A stretch of DNA of 38,734 nucleotides from Octopus bimaculoides. Taxonomy: Eukaryota. The number at the start of each line of letters is the position of its first letter. Position 1 is the stretch's first letter. The notes under the pieces are model-generated. The model saw only the letters and a list, made by a program, of their open reading frames with translations. It was not told the DNA's origin and made no database searches. Positions 34,296-38,734 of this stretch are shown here, one piece after another. The stretch covers positions 133,095,801 through 133,134,534 of the forward strand of contig NC_068982.1 of assembly GCF_001194135.2 (NCBI RefSeq), in the 5' to 3' direction. The translations under genes were made by a program, and so were the position numbers.

Positions 34296-35679
34296 ATGTA
34301 TTATTATTATTATTATTATTATTATATACTTTTAGAAAAGGAAAATATTTTACATACAGAATACAAAGCAACAAGAAGTCATTTTTGAGGTTGAAATTTT
34401 AAAGATAGTAACAGCAATAGAAATATGATCAGCAATTATAACCAGGTAACAACAACAAAAACATGTTGAGTTTTGCTAATGCAATAATACCTGATGGTTA
34501 TTTCAAAAGATAATATTCAAGTTTGTTTTAATTTCCTCAACACTCTCTTTCACCTTTAATCCAAACAAATCTACGGTCATTAATTTAACATTACCTCGCT
34601 AAGTAAATTATTCTAACTAGTGTCCACATCTTGGTTGTTACAATCACATTTCAACAAAAGATATAAATATATATTTGATATTTCCCCATAGAGCTGATTT
34701 CAAGTAGATTCTAAGAGCATATTTGATACCATTATGGATACCATCATGGAAGACATTAGAATAAATATCAAATCAAAATTAAACTCACTTGGCCAGCAGG
34801 CTGAAATTGAAACAAATAAACATTTATAAGAATAGTGAATAACAGAAATAATACAAAAGATGTTTTTTAAGATTATAAGATATTTTAAGACAATGAAACT
34901 CAGAGGTATGCATTAAAGGAGTTGGTTTTCAGACAGTTATGAATATTATTTGCTGCAACATCTTACTTAATAAGACAAAACTAAATCTGTTATTACTTTA
35001 TAAGGCCTAAATAAAATTGAAAGAAAACTTTGAGAAACCTTCATGACAGCTTTTGTAACATGTTGTTGCCAGAAATTTGACAAGTAACCCAAAAGGTCTA
35101 GTTATCAATCAAAAAATTATAATAATAATTTCTTATATTGGCAAAATATAAGTGTTGGATGTAATGGCATGGGATGGTGGAGATGTGTGGGTGGTTAGTG
35201 TGCATGAATAATTATATTGTGAGCAAGTAAAATATAGAAGTGAGGAGGTAGCAGTGGGTGCAAGTGTGAGGGGTAAAAAGAAGGCAGGAGGAATGTGAAT
35301 AGTTTGTGTAAGGGTATTGGTGTGATATGGTGTTGGTACAGAAGTAAGAGATGAAATGAGAAAAAATGGAAAAAGAAAAAGTAACAATTGTACAAGAAAG
35401 GAAGTTATTAGAAAATTAGTGAGGTACAAGGAATGGCAAGAAAAAGTGATAGAAGTGTGTGCATGTGTCTAAATGTAAAGTATAAAACAATTTTTGATCA
35501 ATCATTCCAAAAGAAATTGTAATTCATCCCTGTATAAAGAGTGGATTCATGATTTTTAAGTTAATCTGATATATGACATGCACTAAACTCTTCACCCTTC
35601 AGTCTCTCTTGTGACTTTACAGCTAATTATATGTGTGCATAGACACACACACACACACATGAACCATATACATAGATAT

Positions 35680-35930
35680 CATCATCATCATCATTCAAAG
35701 TCTGTTTTCCATGTTGGCATGGGTTTGATAGTTTGACAGGAGCTGACATGACCAGGAGCTGCACCAGGTTCCATTGTCTATTTTGACATGACTTCTATAG
35801 CTGTATGCCCTTCCCAATGCCAACCATATTACAGAGCATACTGGGTGCTTTTTACATGGTACCAGGACCAGTGCTATTTACATGGCACTAGCACTGGGGC
35901 TTTTTACATGTCACTATCACCAACAGGGTC
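35680..35930 (-). mobile_element. Family C repeat (antisense), (CAT)n tail on the left
   Basis: catcatcatcattcaaagtctgttttccatgttggcatggg...atgcccttccc. Confidence 0.8.
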
Positions 35931-36547
35931 ACCATGTACTTTGCAAGCTAAAACCCCTCAGCTGGGAGAAGCAGTATTCATTGGGTGAAGTTTTGTGCCA
36001 TTTGAGTGATAAAAAGTATAGAGGGACAGAGATAGGTGTATCAAAATTTGGCCGAGCAAATTATTCCCATTCATTTTTGTAGTTCAAGGCTCCACAGAGC
36101 AAATGTTCCATTGTTGTTTCTATAACATTATGTAGGTAAAAGCTAAATCTCTTTCAGGATTAAGTTCCATTGTATTTAAAATAGCCTGCTAACCAGAAGA
36201 GATTAACTCAGAACTGCAGACAACAAACAAAATCATCAGTTTACATCAGTAAATAACGCAACCCATATCTCCGTGTCCATGGTAACTATTTACTGTTAAG
36301 TAGACTTAAACCATTGAGATCAACTTAGACTAGACACAAGCATGAAGCACTTCTTATGATTACATATCAGTTATGAAGGCTATGTATCAAGCAGTAACCT
36401 ATAAACTTGGTCTCAGTAAATTGTATTAAGAATCATCTTGGGAAAGTGAAACTGCCTAAAATACAGGTTGGATTAATTTAGTTACTTTCATGTTAAAATA
36501 CATTGAATGACTTGTGGGTTTAAAGCAAAAAATAAAAGTTTCCTTAC

Positions 36548-36634
36548 TATCAAAGAATATCTTAGAGTGGGATTTTCATCAGCATCAGAAGCTGTTATCT
36601 TCAAATTTGGTATTATTTTGTTTACCGGAAAATT
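36548..36634 (-). CDS. Cadherin exon (first visible), 87 bp, phase 0/0: NFPVNKIIPNLKITASDADENPTLRYSLI
   Basis: Acceptor ttttttgcag| and donor |gtaagg; AxDxD calcium motif; joins the 28576 exon in frame. Not in the ORF track. Confidence 0.92.
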
Positions 36635-36979
36635 CTGCAAAAAAAGCAAAATATTAAGAAAACATAATTCAGCAAATATTTTTTTTTTTCACTAGTTTCC
36701 ATATTAATTCATTCTATGATAAAGATGACATATTTCAGAAAACAATTCCCCTAGTACAAATGCCTTTGCTATGAAAGCAATACATATATAAACATTAGGT
36801 CAAAAAGAAGGTCCTGTAACATTTTTAACACAATCACTTCAGGGTACTTTTTCAATACTTATTGTTAAATAAACATTAACTTTTATACTTTAATGCTTTA
36901 TTCTTCACAGATTACTTTATAATATAGTGGTTAAATTTGTATGATTTTTTTTATCCTTTTAAAATTAGTTAGATCAGAC

Positions 36980-38043
36980 CCATATCAAACACTGCATATT
37001 GCATGAATTCAAAAGAAGCAATGGAAACAAGAAATATTCATTCTGTCTTTGAAAACAAAGCTTTAAGTGTCTGGGCATGCCAATGATGGTTTGGCCAGTT
37101 TTACTCAGAAAATATTTCTCTCGCAGATTTCCTTGATCTGCATGGCCATGTTCTGTCAATATTGAGCTTCTGGAAACCATAGTTGAGGAAAATCCAAGGG
37201 TGACTACATGAAAATTGGCAAAACAGTTCAACTGAAGTCACATTTTGATCACAAAACACTTTCAATGGACTAAGAAAAGTATCTAAATTTGGCTAATGGG
37301 TGCCTCATCACTTGACTGCTTCTCAGCTTAATCAAAATGTTGCTCTTTGCTCATTATTGAAGAGTAGACTAGCTACAAAACCTTTCCTGGGTAAAATCAT
37401 CACAAGTGATGAAAAGTTGGTTTTCTATAATTATATCCAACAAAAATGACAATGGTTAATAACCAACAAAACAAGAGAATCCATCCTCAAACATTTACAA
37501 CAGCTAAAAATGTTGTGCTCTGTTTGGTTGGGTATGAAGGATGTCTTATATTATGAAGTGTTAAACTAAAATGAATCAATTAATGCAGAGAAATACTGTT
37601 ATCAAGTGGAAGCGTTGCACAAAAAAAGAAAAAAAATTGCAGAAAAGGCATCCTTCGTTAATCAATCGTACAGGGGTGTTGCTCCAACATAACACAAAAT
37701 CACATGCTACTGAAGTCATTCATGAAAGGATTAATGCCTTAAATACGGAAGTTTTACCTCACCATCCTTACTTTACTAATCTTGTTCCATCTATTATCTT
37801 TTCAGATCATTGCAACATTTATTAGAATGAAAACAATCTATAAATATCTATCAATTGTGATCAACTTAAAAATGAAACTTAAAAAGTTTTCACCCAAGGG
37901 ATCCACAATTTTCCAAATGATTGGAATCATGTTATCAAAAATGAGAGAATATACTATCTTGATAAAAAATATCAATTAAAACCAAAGAATAATTTACTTC
38001 TTTTCTATCTTCAAATGTAACAGAGTTTCCTTACCAGCCTAAT
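36980..38043 (+). mobile_element. Decayed mariner (DD34D-type) transposon
   Basis: HCILHEF, WVPH (tgggtgcctcat), IITSDEKLVFY, LLQHNTKSH, HHPYFTNLVPS; ends ...ccagcctaata. Confidence 0.88.
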
Positions 38044-38139
38044 ATGCAAAGGGTGTGAGGAGTATTTCAGGACACTAAATAATTATCAGTTTATTATTCT
38101 CTTAAACCAATTAAAAGGATTTTATTTCTTTCAGGTTAC

Positions 38140-38734
38140 CCATGGTAGATAAAGTGCTGACACAAAAAATGAAAAGACATGCAGTTATTGCTGTGATATA
38201 TGTGGAACACATCAATGTAGAAACCACCAGCTTTCTACATGTTTTAAGATCTTTTGCACACAAAGTTCAGATAGAAATGGAAGACTCTGGCAGGGATGTT
38301 TCAAACGTATCAAAGAGAGAAAGGCATTCTAAACATTTTTACATTATAACGACACTGCAATTCATCCAATGGGTTCAAAACATTATTGATGATGATCTCA
38401 AAATATCTATGAGGGCTATTGCCAAAAACCTTTAGGTGTCAGAACAGACTATCAAAACTGGTGCATGAGGACATTCAATACAAGTGCTGAGGAGAGGCCA
38501 ACTGGTATCTGCAAAGACACAGAAAAATCTTTTGATCCTTGCCAAGTGGTTACTTAACAAGGTTTAAATCCTTACAAATATGGCATGCTTTGGTTCTTCT
38601 CTGATGGAAAAATCTTCATCCACAGCCAAAAGTCTAACAGGAGAAATTCCTGATGGTTAAGTGCAGATCCTTCTGTTTTCATTGAATGATGCACACCAAG
38701 TTTTCAGCAATTGTGATGAATTTAGCAATGGTTA
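38140..38734 (+). mobile_element. Tc1/mariner-superfamily transposase remnant (maT/DD37D-like), cut by the window end
   Basis: MKRHAVI...SFAHKVQ...IIDDDLKISMRAIAKNL, then WFFSDGKI-like first catalytic Asp region. Confidence 0.75.

Larger units (their letters stand above)
4639..36634 (-). other. Internal portion of a multi-exon cadherin-superfamily gene (Cad87A/CDHR-like); start and stop codons lie outside the window
   Basis: Exons splice in frame and rebuild EC repeats with cadherin motifs: TASDAD, LDYE, LDRE, DENDNDPLF, VKDKD, LNYE, VAED, PVDEFLPQF. The family sub-assignment is from remembered motif spacing, not a search. Confidence 0.93.

Noticed and set aside
34615-34645. tgtccacatcttggttgttac resembling the PLE-3 arm end
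   Set aside because: Too short to call a fourth PLE; no hammerhead core or ORF nearby.
3733-35930. Apparent excess of RTE/family C copies antisense to the host gene (about 7 versus 3)
   Set aside because: Too few copies to separate from chance, and such bias is already well known.

Overview
AT-rich, repeat-dense eukaryotic genomic DNA from a gapped scaffold. The SINE/RTE families and microsatellite content look like a cephalopod (Octopus-type) genome; this is an inference, not a database result. The only host gene I can support is an internal part of a multi-exon cadherin-superfamily gene on the minus strand. Six complete exons and the start of a seventh (running into a gap) were read with AG/GT boundaries and compatible phases (36634-36548, 28576-28457, 19955-gap, 15901-15780, 11634-11446, 8685-8521, 4794-4639). 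They encode parts of four consecutive EC repeats in a Cad87A/CDHR-like pattern, and one expected exon is not visible. The introns are filled with decayed hAT, Tc1/mariner, RTE and RLE-type LINE, Helitron-like and SINE copies. Most notable: (i) three Penelope-like elements of different families with inverted pseudo-LTRs and minimal hammerhead-ribozyme motifs within about 5 kb around one exon, one motif with an intact catalytic core on the host-transcribed strand; (ii) an exact 32-bp duplication of an exon end plus splice donor; (iii) a Helitron-like element carrying a degenerate telomeric array; (iv) a chain of retroelements joined by (TAA)n tracts. Repeat boundaries are approximate; exon boundaries were counted base by base.
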